This document shows positions 9,925 to 18,189 of a DNA stretch of 64,000 bases, piece by piece. How positions within the stretch are numbered: position 1 is the stretch's first letter; every line of letters starts with the position of its first letter. Source of the DNA: Coriobacteriia bacterium (GTDB lineage: Bacteria > Actinomycetota > Coriobacteriia > WRKU01 > WQUG01). The notes beneath the pieces were generated by a model that was not told the origin of the DNA, ran no database searches, and saw only the letters and a program-made list of their open reading frames with translations. Location of the stretch: positions 8,221-72,220 of the forward strand of contig WQVN01000002.1 of the NCBI GenBank assembly GCA_009785795.1. Reading direction: 5' to 3'. Both the position numbers and the translations under genes were made by a program.

Positions 9925-10431
9925 CTATTGAACTTTTGGCTGTTTAGGAGATTTGGTGGCAAGGAAATAGGCTCCTATACCGCAAATTATTAGTACAACA
10001 GCAGCTATAGCAGCTGGTATCCATGTGTCAAATATGCCGCCTCCGGTGTTAGTGACAGCATCATCTGCTTCCTCACCTGCATCAAGGTCATCATCTAAGA
10101 GCAGATCATCAGTGATTGGAACTATTCCTTCGTATCCGTCTTCCCCAGGAATAGGATCGAAGTCATTTATAGGCTCACCCATTTCACCTTCTGCACCATC
10201 CTCAGTGCGAAGCAGCTCATTATCTACACCTGCTTCAGGAGCGATTCTGCCGTCAGGATCCTCTGCGGCGGGGTCGTCAAAGACACTGCCTTCTTCTTCT
10301 GGATTTGCACCGGCAATGCTTATAATTTCTGGCATGCTAAATACGGGAACAACTGCCTGTATGGGGAGTAGACCAACCATCATGCACAGCGCGAGCGCGA
10401 GCACAAATATGCTGCCTCTTTGAATACTCAT
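9925..10431 (-). CDS. Exported, highly acidic protein with C-terminal membrane anchor (hypothetical)
   Basis: N-terminal signal-like helix (SIFVLALALCMMVGLLPIQA), a long D/E/P/G-rich region, then a C-terminal TM (WIPAAIAAVVLIICGIGAYFL) and a basic tail KSPKQPKVQ. GAGGT lies 7 nt upstream of the ATG. Confidence 0.5.
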   Translation of the reverse strand: MSIQRGSIFVLALALCMMVGLLPIQAVVPVFSMPEIISIAGANPEEEGSVFDDPAAEDPDGRIAPEAGVDNELLRTEDGAEGEMGEPINDFDPIPGEDGYEGIVPITDDLLLDDDLDAGEEADDAVTNTGGGIFDTWIPAAIAAVVLIICGIGAYFLATKSPKQPKVQ

Positions 10432-10493
10432 CTGTCTACCTCATTTCCAATGTAAGGATATAAACTAACGGACAAATTCTATCACGTTATATC

Positions 10494-10522
10494 TCCACAG
10501 AAAAGCGCAGGAGTGCTATACT
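10494..10522 (+). promoter_or_regulatory. Putative sigma-70-type promoter for rpmF-plsX
   Basis: -35 element TCCACA (10494-10499), a 17 nt spacer, and an extended -10 TGcTATACT (10514-10522). Confidence 0.3.
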
Positions 10523-10571
10523 GTTCAGTTGAAGTTTTACCTAAAACACATGAGAAAAGGAAGCAATCCAG

Positions 10572-10751
10572 ATGGCAGTACCAAAGAGGAAAAAGGGACG
10601 CGCAAAGACAAATTCGCGTCGTGCGAACCATACGATTAGTGCAGAAAATACACAAGAATGTCCGCAATGTCACGAGGCGAAACTGCCCCATAGAGTATGT
10701 GGATTCTGCGGGTACTATAAGGGCAAAGAAATCATTGAGACTGAAGCCTAG
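10572..10751 (+). CDS. rpmF: 50S ribosomal protein L32 (zinc-ribbon form)
   Basis: Hand translation gives MAVPKRKKGRAKTNSRRANHTISAENTQECPQCHEAKLPHRVCGFCGYYKGKEIIETEA (59 aa, below the track cutoff). AAAGGAAG RBS is upstream. The gene sits immediately upstream of plsX, as in many bacteria. Confidence 0.9.
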   Translation: MAVPKRKKGRAKTNSRRANHTISAENTQECPQCHEAKLPHRVCGFCGYYKGKEIIETEA

Positions 10752-10753
10752 AT

Positions 10754-11791
10754 GTGAATTTTACAACTATTGCAGTTGATGCACTTGGTGGCGATTTTGC
10801 GCCGAGTGCTGTTTTGGACGGTGTTGCACTTGCATTGCAGCGCGATGCACACCTACGCGTTGCGCTTTGTGGTCCTGCAGACGTGGTAGAGCCTTTTGCT
10901 GCCAGTGCGTCTGCACAGGGACGTGTTAACGCTGTTGTCACCACAGAAGAAATTGCGATGGACGAGAGCGATCCAGCACGTGCAGTTCGCAATAAAAAGG
11001 ATGCATCAATGGTGGTTGCTGCACGTCTAGTTAAAGAGGGTGTAGCACAGGGCTTCATTTCTGCAGGATCAACGGCAGCCTGTTTGGTCGCAGGGACATT
11101 AGTTGTAGGACGCATACGCGGAGTCCAGCGCCCAACACTTGCAGTCGTATTGCCTGGCAAGCGCCCAGTAGTGTTGGCAGACACTGGGGCAAATGCTGAC
11201 TGCAAGCCAGAATATTTACTCCAGTTTGCGCAGATGGGACGCGCCTATTCCTCCTCTATTTTGGGCGTGGAAAATCCCAGTGTGGCATTACTTAATATTG
11301 GCTCTGAAGAGGGCAAGGGCTCTGAACTGGCAAAAGAAGCCCAAATCCTAATGCGCGAACAAACTGCTAATTTTATTGGCAATGTTGAAGGTCGCGACAT
11401 CCTTGAGGGCAAGGCTGACGTTATTGTTACTGATGGATTTACAGGTAATGTGGTCTTGAAAACGCTTGAGGGATCACTAAGCTTTCTTTTGGGCAAGCTC
11501 AAAAGCATATTCATGTCAACGCCAATCACAAAGCTTGCGGCATTAACGCTCAAAGGAAAATTCCGTGAGCTCAAGCTGGAGCTTGACCCAGAGCAGTATG
11601 GTGCAGCTCCTTTGTTGGGAACGAAAGGATTGTGCCTGGTGGCACATGGGTCATCATCGCCAGAGGCTATTGCCAATGGAATTCTGGTTGGCGCAAAAGC
11701 CGTTCGCAATGATGTCATTGAAAAAATCACTATCGCTATTCAACAACACTCAATAGCAGCTAGTACGCAGACAAAAGAACAGGCAGAATAA
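10754..11791 (+). CDS. plsX: Phosphate acyltransferase PlsX
   Basis: IAVDALGGDFAP..., GNVEGRDI and DGFTGNVVLKTLEG are PlsX hallmarks. The GTG start is 2 nt after the rpmF stop. Confidence 0.9.
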   Translation: MNFTTIAVDALGGDFAPSAVLDGVALALQRDAHLRVALCGPADVVEPFAASASAQGRVNAVVTTEEIAMDESDPARAVRNKKDASMVVAARLVKEGVAQGFISAGSTAACLVAGTLVVGRIRGVQRPTLAVVLPGKRPVVLADTGANADCKPEYLLQFAQMGRAYSSSILGVENPSVALLNIGSEEGKGSELAKEAQILMREQTANFIGNVEGRDILEGKADVIVTDGFTGNVVLKTLEGSLSFLLGKLKSIFMSTPITKLAALTLKGKFRELKLELDPEQYGAAPLLGTKGLCLVAHGSSSPEAIANGILVGAKAVRNDVIEKITIAIQQHSIAASTQTKEQAE

Positions 11792-11843
11792 ACGGGCACC
11801 TTGACCATCGATATCGATGTGCGCCTACTTTAAGGAAAACAGC

Positions 11844-12644
11844 ATGATTAATCAGCTACTCACTAATCGATTCTCACAAATGTTCAAAGTATTTACTGCA
11901 GTCTTTCTTTCGCTAGCACTGACAGCTGCGCTGATGATGGTTCCACCAACAGCAGCAGCTCTTCCTGAGGAGTCCGGTGATGCAACAGAGGTCGTACCGC
12001 TTGAGGCCATAACTTTTTTCTTGCGTCGTCTGGAAAGTACCTATGTCGCGTCAGTAAAAGGATATCTAGATCCAGAGATTGAGCTTCCTGTGACCGCTGA
12101 AATCGCTGTTCCTGCGGGATCAGAAATTATATGGATTGGTGAGCCATCTGGTGGCAGCATTGTACACGATCGCGATTTCGAAGACGCTCACACTGTTCGC
12201 ACTGAAGGACAACTCGATATCTACACAGTGACACTGATTGAATATCCCAATGTGCAGATTGAGTATAGCCTGTTTGAAATGCCTGTAGCACCGCTTGGAG
12301 ATGGTACTTATAGGGTTGTAATGGAATACACTCCGCTAACTGACCTTGTGGCATTGCGCATGATAACAAACTTGCCCCCTGGAAGTGTGCCACACGATGA
12401 GGGGATTGACTACTTTGGCGATACCGTGGATGGTGACCCACAATTCGGCTATATCATGTGGGATCCAGCGGGAATGGAGCTCATTGCTACCAGTGTCACT
12501 TATACGCCACCGCTTGGCATGGGAACACCTGTTGATAACAATCTTTTTGATGGCCTAATCGTTGTAATCGTAAGTATGCTTGTGGTGGCCATTATCGCGA
12601 TAGGTGCTGTCCTTCTTGTAAAAAGACGCCAGCAGATTCAATAG
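11844..12644 (+). CDS. Exported, C-terminally membrane-anchored protein of unknown function (paralog A)
   Basis: Signal-like N-terminus (FKVFTAVFLSLALTAALMMVPPTAAA), a ~200 aa domain, a C-terminal TM and a KRRQQIQ tail. AAGGAAA lies before ATG 11844. It is colinear with the next gene. Confidence 0.6.
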   Translation: MINQLLTNRFSQMFKVFTAVFLSLALTAALMMVPPTAAALPEESGDATEVVPLEAITFFLRRLESTYVASVKGYLDPEIELPVTAEIAVPAGSEIIWIGEPSGGSIVHDRDFEDAHTVRTEGQLDIYTVTLIEYPNVQIEYSLFEMPVAPLGDGTYRVVMEYTPLTDLVALRMITNLPPGSVPHDEGIDYFGDTVDGDPQFGYIMWDPAGMELIATSVTYTPPLGMGTPVDNNLFDGLIVVIVSMLVVAIIAIGAVLLVKRRQQIQ

Positions 12645-12661
12645 GGGACACGGTAGGCAGA

Positions 12662-13516
12662 TTGCAGCACGTTAAAACACAAGCGGCATTGGCGATACAG
12701 GGCGACACAGTCAAGCAGCTGAACAAGCAAAAAAGGGCAATCACGGTAATCATTACAGTATTTGCGCTAGTAGGGATGCTGTTGATGTTGCCAGAAGCTG
12801 TTGCCGCTACCCCCGAGCCCGAACAGGCAGAGCCTACGGCATCTGTAGTAGCAGATAGCATCATTCCCTTTGATGCTATGAGTTTTGTTCTGCATCGTGT
12901 AGATGCAGATAGCTATTTCGCGGCGATACGCGGACATCTAGATCCTGAGGTTGTGCTGCCAGCAACGGTTGAAATTGCGCTTCCCGCAGGAACAGAAATC
13001 ATCTGGTTTGGCGAGGCATCTGACGATGGCATCGAATCCAGTCACACCTTTGAATATCCCTACGACGTTCGCACAGAATACAATCTGGACATCTACACAG
13101 TAACTCTCACGAGCTATCACAATGTGCAAATCGAATATAACCTGTTTATCAATCCCGCTGTGCAGCTGGAAAATGGAGACTATATTGTCATAATGGAGTA
13201 CACTCCGCTGACAGATCTTACGGCGCTCAGCATGATAACAAACTTGCCCGTGGGCAGCACTGTACACGATGAAATCGACAGAACGGTTGAATTTCTTGGA
13301 CCTAACGCACATGGCGAGTCACAGTTTGGTCAGATTTTCCACAACCCAGAAGCTTTGCAGCCCATTACTCTAAGCGTCACCTACAGTGTGACGACGGGGC
13401 AAGAGACTGTGTTGGACGGGCTAATGGTTGCCGCAGCAATACTTATAGGTATTGCACTTGTGACAATGATTGGCATAATCATTGCTAAGCGTCGTCAGCA
13501 CCAGCAAGTCCTTTAA
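12662..13516 (+). CDS. Exported, C-terminally membrane-anchored protein of unknown function (paralog B)
   Basis: Same architecture as paralog A. Shared blocks include LDPE..LP.T.EIA.PAG.EIIW.GE, DIYTVTL..Y.NVQIEY.LF and MEYTPLTDL.AL.MITNLP.GS..HDE. The start is uncertain (TTG 12662). Confidence 0.55.
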   Translation: MQHVKTQAALAIQGDTVKQLNKQKRAITVIITVFALVGMLLMLPEAVAATPEPEQAEPTASVVADSIIPFDAMSFVLHRVDADSYFAAIRGHLDPEVVLPATVEIALPAGTEIIWFGEASDDGIESSHTFEYPYDVRTEYNLDIYTVTLTSYHNVQIEYNLFINPAVQLENGDYIVIMEYTPLTDLTALSMITNLPVGSTVHDEIDRTVEFLGPNAHGESQFGQIFHNPEALQPITLSVTYSVTTGQETVLDGLMVAAAILIGIALVTMIGIIIAKRRQHQQVL

Positions 13517-14126
13517 TAATTGAATCGCAGTCCATGACCTGTCCAAATAGGTTCATGTTGACCAAAGACGCATCGTGCTGTGCTTTCGTAAGTGCGGAAC
13601 AGATGTCAGATCCAAACACTACCTTGTAATCTCTATAATAGGCGTCACGCGCGGTAGATTCACAACATATATTTGTGACAGTGCCACAAATGATGAGCGT
13701 GTCCACTGCTGGACGTACTCTGCCATCTTCATCATTGCCGTGAGCATGGATATTGCGCAAAATCAGTTCAAGGTCTGTCTGGAAAAATGCACTATAGCGA
13801 CGCTTTTGCAATACATAGTCGTTGTGTTGTGGAGCAAGATCTGAAACTACCTTGATGCCATCTGTGCCAGCGCGCATGCCCGCATCTTTTAGGTGAGGAA
13901 ATGATGCAATTTCAAGGGGATTGTACACGGGATCAGTCTGATGAACAGTGTAGATAATGGGGATGTTCAGTTTACGACAGTTGTCAATAAGCTCCTTGAT
14001 TTTAGGAATCTGCTTTTTCGCTTCTGGAACCTCCATGATTGCTCCGTTCAAAACGAAGTCATTTTGCATGTCGATTACGAGCAGTGTACACCTATTGCAA
14101 TCAATCTTCCATTTTAAGTCCGACAT
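13485..14126 (-). CDS. Isochorismatase-family cysteine hydrolase
   Basis: TLLVIDMQNDF, a catalytic-Cys region ICGTVTNICCESTARDA, and DYKVVFGSD. The 3' end overlaps paralog B by 32 nt. Confidence 0.8.
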   Translation of the reverse strand: MSDLKWKIDCNRCTLLVIDMQNDFVLNGAIMEVPEAKKQIPKIKELIDNCRKLNIPIIYTVHQTDPVYNPLEIASFPHLKDAGMRAGTDGIKVVSDLAPQHNDYVLQKRRYSAFFQTDLELILRNIHAHGNDEDGRVRPAVDTLIICGTVTNICCESTARDAYYRDYKVVFGSDICSALTKAQHDASLVNMNLFGQVMDCDSIIKGLAGADDA

Positions 14127-14240
14127 ACTGTGTACCCCTTATCTGTGCTTTATTTGCACGGAAATAGTAGTTATTGACCACAGCCAAAAATCACACTGAA
14201 AATCAACAAAAGATATATGCTATCTTACCGTCAGAGGGCT

Positions 14241-14269
14241 ATGCAAAAATGTGACCTTTCTGTTATAAT
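14241..14269 (+). promoter_or_regulatory. Putative promoter for veg
   Basis: Extended -10 TGtTATAAT (14261-14269) with a weak -35 ATGCAA 17 nt upstream, in an AT-rich intergenic region. Confidence 0.35.
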
Positions 14270-14328
14270 ATGCAAGGTTATTAGCTCGGACAGTATTTTT
14301 TATATAAAATTCAAGGAAACCTTATTTA

Positions 14329-14619
14329 ATGGAAACGATTCGACCGGTTCAGGCCGTTACACGCATTAAGGGCACGCTAGAAGAAATGAAGGGCGATTTT
14401 GTCTGCATAAAGGCAAATTTGGGGCGCTCAAAAATATTAGAGAGACATGGACGTATTACGCAGATTCACCCCTCACTATTTGTTCTCGAAGTTCATGAAA
14501 AGCGTAATCGCAAAACGCATGCATCTTACCAGTATGTTGACGTGTTAACGGGAGCCGTAGAAGTGCTGCATCACGAAACAAAGGAAACTCTCTTTCCCTG
14601 GGTTGAGTATTTGACTTAA
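14329..14619 (+). CDS. veg: Veg (DUF1021) family protein
   Basis: IKGTLEEMKGDFVCIKANLGRSKILERHGRITQIHPSLFVLEV...ASYQYVDVLTGAVEV aligns by eye with B. subtilis Veg ([31 protein letters not shown]...VSYSYADILTETVEL). It lies upstream of ispE, as in Bacillus. Confidence 0.7.
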   Translation: METIRPVQAVTRIKGTLEEMKGDFVCIKANLGRSKILERHGRITQIHPSLFVLEVHEKRNRKTHASYQYVDVLTGAVEVLHHETKETLFPWVEYLT

Positions 14620-14680
14620 TTGGTACTTGCGGGACTGGATTTCTGACATGTCTGTTACCGTAATAACGTAAGCAATATTC

Positions 14681-15508
14681 ATGATAGTCATCTCACCCGC
14701 AAAAATGAATCTGTCCCTTTCGATAGGGGCTGTTCGTGGTGATAGCTACCATTACGTTGATTCCTTTTTTCACCTGCTTGACCTGCATGATGAATTACAT
14801 GTGACTTTTGCAGAAGAGTTTTCATTTACTTCAACGACCAATTTAGGTATTCCAGACGCAGACAATCTGGTTGTGCGGGCAGCGCACGGTATGGCAGATC
14901 TCTATGGGAGAGAATTGCCAGCCGTCACGCTCAAGCTACAAAAGCACATTCCTCATGGCGCAGGACTGGGCGGAGGCTCGTCAAATGCTGCGGCAACAAT
15001 CTATGCGATCTCGCATTTGTGGGACATTTCTGCAGATGACCCACAGCATCTTAAATTGGCAGCACAGATAGGCTCTGACGTTCCTCTGTTTTTGGCTCCT
15101 ACAACCGCAAGTGTTATGACAGGGCGAGGAGAGATACTTCAACAATCGCGCGATCCCATCAGTGGATTGCATGTCTTGATCGTTAAGCCGTCAGATACGC
15201 ACAGTTCAACAGGCGCAGTGTACAAGGCATTCGACACCAATCCACAACCAGTCCACGATATTGATGTGTGGAAGAATAATCTTGAAGCTGCGGCAGTCCA
15301 AGTGTCCCCAGAAACAGGTAAGGTGCTGGAATTCCTTCGTGCTGATAAATGTGTGGACCTTGCTATGGTAGCAGGGTCGGGCAGTGCGTCCATTGCCTTA
15401 TGCAATTCTGCCGATTGCATGCATCGCGTAGCACAAAAAGCACAAGAACAAGGCTGGTGGACTGCAGAAACAACAACCACAGATAAAGGTATTCATATCG
15501 TCCAGTAG
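14681..15508 (+). CDS. ispE: 4-diphosphocytidyl-2-C-methyl-D-erythritol kinase
   Basis: N-terminus SPAKMNLSLSI and the GHMP kinase motif IPHGAGLGGGSSNAAA. There is an in-frame stop at 14669-14671, just upstream of the ATG. Confidence 0.85.
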   Translation: MIVISPAKMNLSLSIGAVRGDSYHYVDSFFHLLDLHDELHVTFAEEFSFTSTTNLGIPDADNLVVRAAHGMADLYGRELPAVTLKLQKHIPHGAGLGGGSSNAAATIYAISHLWDISADDPQHLKLAAQIGSDVPLFLAPTTASVMTGRGEILQQSRDPISGLHVLIVKPSDTHSSTGAVYKAFDTNPQPVHDIDVWKNNLEAAAVQVSPETGKVLEFLRADKCVDLAMVAGSGSASIALCNSADCMHRVAQKAQEQGWWTAETTTTDKGIHIVQ

Positions 15509-15561
15509 CTGTTACTGAAAAATCTTTTCGCGCTATCGCTAACAGCCGTATAATAGACACC

Positions 15562-16356
15562 ATGAAAAACGAAACAGGGAAAAATAAGAAATCCATAAAT
15601 GATCTTGCCGTTGATGCCGTTGTGCTCGCAGGTGGCGATGGCAGTGTCATTGATCCAAATACTCCTGTAAAGGGCATGGTTCAGATTGCAGAAAAGCCTA
15701 TGGTGCAATGGGTGCTTGAGGCTTTGGCAAAATCACAGATTGTACGTGACGTTGTTGTTGTGTTGCCAGCAGGCCCTGACAGCAGCGAGTGGGAGCATCT
15801 TGCCACCCATGTTGTGCGATCAGACGGACAAATATCTGAAAACATGGTTGCGGCTTTGGACATGCTCCCTCAAAGCGATTTGATTGTTACCGTGACTTCT
15901 GATATCCCGACGGTAAGCCCAGAGGCTATTGATGACCTGATAGTACAGACTGTTGAACGCGGTGCAGAACTTTCTTATCCCTTTGTTACTCAGGAAGTAA
16001 TGCAGGCGACCTATCCTGGTGCGCAGCGCACCTTTATCAAAATTCGCGTGGGAAAAGTTACTGGTGGTAATGCAGCTGTCTTTAATCCAAAGCACCTACA
16101 GGTTTTGTATGACTTTGCTCAAGAATTGTTTGATGCGCGCAAAAGCCCCATGAAGCTTGCAAGTGTTGCAGGTATAAAGTTTGTAATAAAGTTGGCAATG
16201 GGCAGGCTTGACCTAGACGATGTCGAAGATCGTATAAAGTTGCTGACAGGTGTTACCAGCGCAGCAATCTTCAGTGATTATGCAAGCATTGGAGCAGATG
16301 TTGATAAGCCAGCTGATGTGGCAGTTGCACAGGCAAAGCTGACAAGCACAGAGTGA
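15562..16356 (+). CDS. Nucleotidyltransferase family protein (MobA-like NTP_transf_3)
   Basis: N-terminal AVVLAGGDGS....P.KGMVQIAEKPMVQWVLEAL glycine-rich NTP-binding loop. The substrate is not inferable. Confidence 0.55.
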   Translation: MKNETGKNKKSINDLAVDAVVLAGGDGSVIDPNTPVKGMVQIAEKPMVQWVLEALAKSQIVRDVVVVLPAGPDSSEWEHLATHVVRSDGQISENMVAALDMLPQSDLIVTVTSDIPTVSPEAIDDLIVQTVERGAELSYPFVTQEVMQATYPGAQRTFIKIRVGKVTGGNAAVFNPKHLQVLYDFAQELFDARKSPMKLASVAGIKFVIKLAMGRLDLDDVEDRIKLLTGVTSAAIFSDYASIGADVDKPADVAVAQAKLTSTE

Positions 16357-16366
16357 GTGGCGTGAT

Positions 16367-16951
16367 ATGGTTGTAGGGCTCGGAGTTGATATCGTAGAAA
16401 TCGAGCGTATGCGTGCAGCACTTCAGCGCAGACCGCGCATGAAGCAGCGGCTTTTCTCTGAAGAGGAACAGTGGTACTGCGAGCACAAGGCACGTCCAGA
16501 AATCCATTATGCTTTGCGTTTTGCGGCAAAAGAAGCGGTTTTGAAGGCTTTGGGAACAGGTTTTCGAGGTATGAAATTCCTTGATGTCGAAGTTGCGCGC
16601 GATGAAAAAGGAAAACCTTATCCCAGACTCTATGGTGCAGCGGCAGAGTACGCCCAGCAAATGGGAATTGTCGAGATGCATCTATCACTTTCTTATACAC
16701 AGACAACAGCGGTTGCATCTGCAGTGGCGCTAACTAATCAAGCAAGACCTGCACCAAAACCACAACCCAGTGCACGCGAAGAACTGGCGCGTGAATTCAA
16801 AGAACTACGCGCACTGCTTGATGAAGGTGATGGGGTTGGCAGTGATATTGATAAGGGCAATTCTGGCAAAGCTCCAGAAGAGGCAGACAGTGATATTGGC
16901 AACAGTAGCGTACGCTCTGCCGAACCCAGCGAGGACAAGGACAGTCTATGA
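16367..16951 (+). CDS. acpS: Holo-[acyl-carrier-protein] synthase with acidic C-terminal extension
   Basis: GLGVDIVEIERM...RFAAKEAVLKALGTG...LSLSYTQTTAVASAVA is the AcpS core (~125 aa), followed by a ~70 aa low-complexity tail. It shares a 4 nt ATGA overlap with alr. Confidence 0.85.
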   Translation: MVVGLGVDIVEIERMRAALQRRPRMKQRLFSEEEQWYCEHKARPEIHYALRFAAKEAVLKALGTGFRGMKFLDVEVARDEKGKPYPRLYGAAAEYAQQMGIVEMHLSLSYTQTTAVASAVALTNQARPAPKPQPSAREELAREFKELRALLDEGDGVGSDIDKGNSGKAPEEADSDIGNSSVRSAEPSEDKDSL

Positions 16952-18189
16952 CAAGCCACCGTCATGCATGGCTCGACATTGATCTCGATGCCATCCGCGA
17001 AAACGTAACAACATTCCGCCGCTATCTTGCAGATAGTGCAAGCCAGGTGGCATCTGCACAAAGGATTGTGGTGCGAACGCCAAAGTTTATGGCAGTCGCA
17101 AAAGCTGATGCCTACGGTCACGGCGCTCCTGCCGTAGCACAGGCAGCAGTACAAGCAGGTGCTGACTGGGTAGGTGTTGCAACAGTTGATGAAGCTCTTG
17201 AATTGCGCACTGCAGGGATCACAGTACCAATCCTATTACTTTCAGAACCTCCAGAAACAGCACTCCCTGAACTGCTCGAAGCAAATATCACCTGCACTGT
17301 TGCGAGCATTGACTTTCTGCAGACTCTTGCCGGCTACGGAATGTTGGGGCAGAAAGAAGTTGTCTATCACTTGAAGGTCGATACGGGCATGAATCGTATT
17401 GGCGTTCCCGCAGAGCAGGCAGTGACAATTGTGCGCGAGGCAGCCAACTTGCAAAATATGCGAATGGGCGGCATCTTTACTCACTTTGCTACAGCAGATG
17501 TAGCAGGCGACTGGGATGCGCGCCAGCAGTTCGAGACATTTCAGGGCATTGTGCGTAGACTGACTGACATGAACTTGCGTCCGCAGCTGGTACATGCCTG
17601 CAATAGTGCGGCAACTCTCCTAAGGCCTGAAGCCTTCTTTGACATGGTGCGCGTTGGCATTAGCTTATACGGGATACATCCATCAGATGACACACGCAAC
17701 GTCTTAGATCTGGTTCCAGCACTCAGTGTACGTGCCTGTGCATCTCTTGTTAAACCTGTTGGCATGGGTGATGGAGTGGGCTATGGCTTTACCTGGCGTG
17801 CCCATAGAGCTATGCAGGTTATCACCCTGCCATTGGGCTATGCAGATGGTATGCCGCGCTTGTGCTCAAACAAGATTGACATCCTGTGCGACAGAACAGG
17901 AAAGCGCATCGAACAGGTCGGTAATATTTGTATGGATCAAATGATGGCAGCAGCAAATACCAGTATGGATCTAGAAAAGGGAGACGAATTTGTCCTGATA
18001 GGTGCGCCTAGGCGCAGCAGCGATGTTGTCAGTGTTCGCAAGCTTGCAAATGCCAAAGGAAGCAGAACCCTGCGAAAAACAGACGGCTATATTTCTGTTG
18101 ATGAGGTTGCCCAGCAAGCGCAAACTATCTCTTATGAAGTTCTTTGTGGGTTAGGTCAGCGGCTTGAGCGAGTCTACCGTAATGTGTAG
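16948..18189 (+). CDS. alr: Alanine racemase
   Basis: PLP-lysine motif AVAKADAYGHGA. GISLYG and MDQMM are typical Alr motifs. Confidence 0.9.
   Translation: MTSHRHAWLDIDLDAIRENVTTFRRYLADSASQVASAQRIVVRTPKFMAVAKADAYGHGAPAVAQAAVQAGADWVGVATVDEALELRTAGITVPILLLSEPPETALPELLEANITCTVASIDFLQTLAGYGMLGQKEVVYHLKVDTGMNRIGVPAEQAVTIVREAANLQNMRMGGIFTHFATADVAGDWDARQQFETFQGIVRRLTDMNLRPQLVHACNSAATLLRPEAFFDMVRVGISLYGIHPSDDTRNVLDLVPALSVRACASLVKPVGMGDGVGYGFTWRAHRAMQVITLPLGYADGMPRLCSNKIDILCDRTGKRIEQVGNICMDQMMAAANTSMDLEKGDEFVLIGAPRRSSDVVSVRKLANAKGSRTLRKTDGYISVDEVAQQAQTISYEVLCGLGQRLERVYRNV

Noticed and set aside
10025-10423. A 132 aa Ser/Pro-rich plus-strand ORF.
   Set aside because: It is antisense to the acidic exported protein gene. 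It has no RBS and no signal, and its composition mirrors the GA-rich complement.
10513-10779. An 88 aa ORF from the track spanning the rpmF region.
   Set aside because: It is out of frame with the clear L32 coding sequence (10572..10751) and has no homology features.
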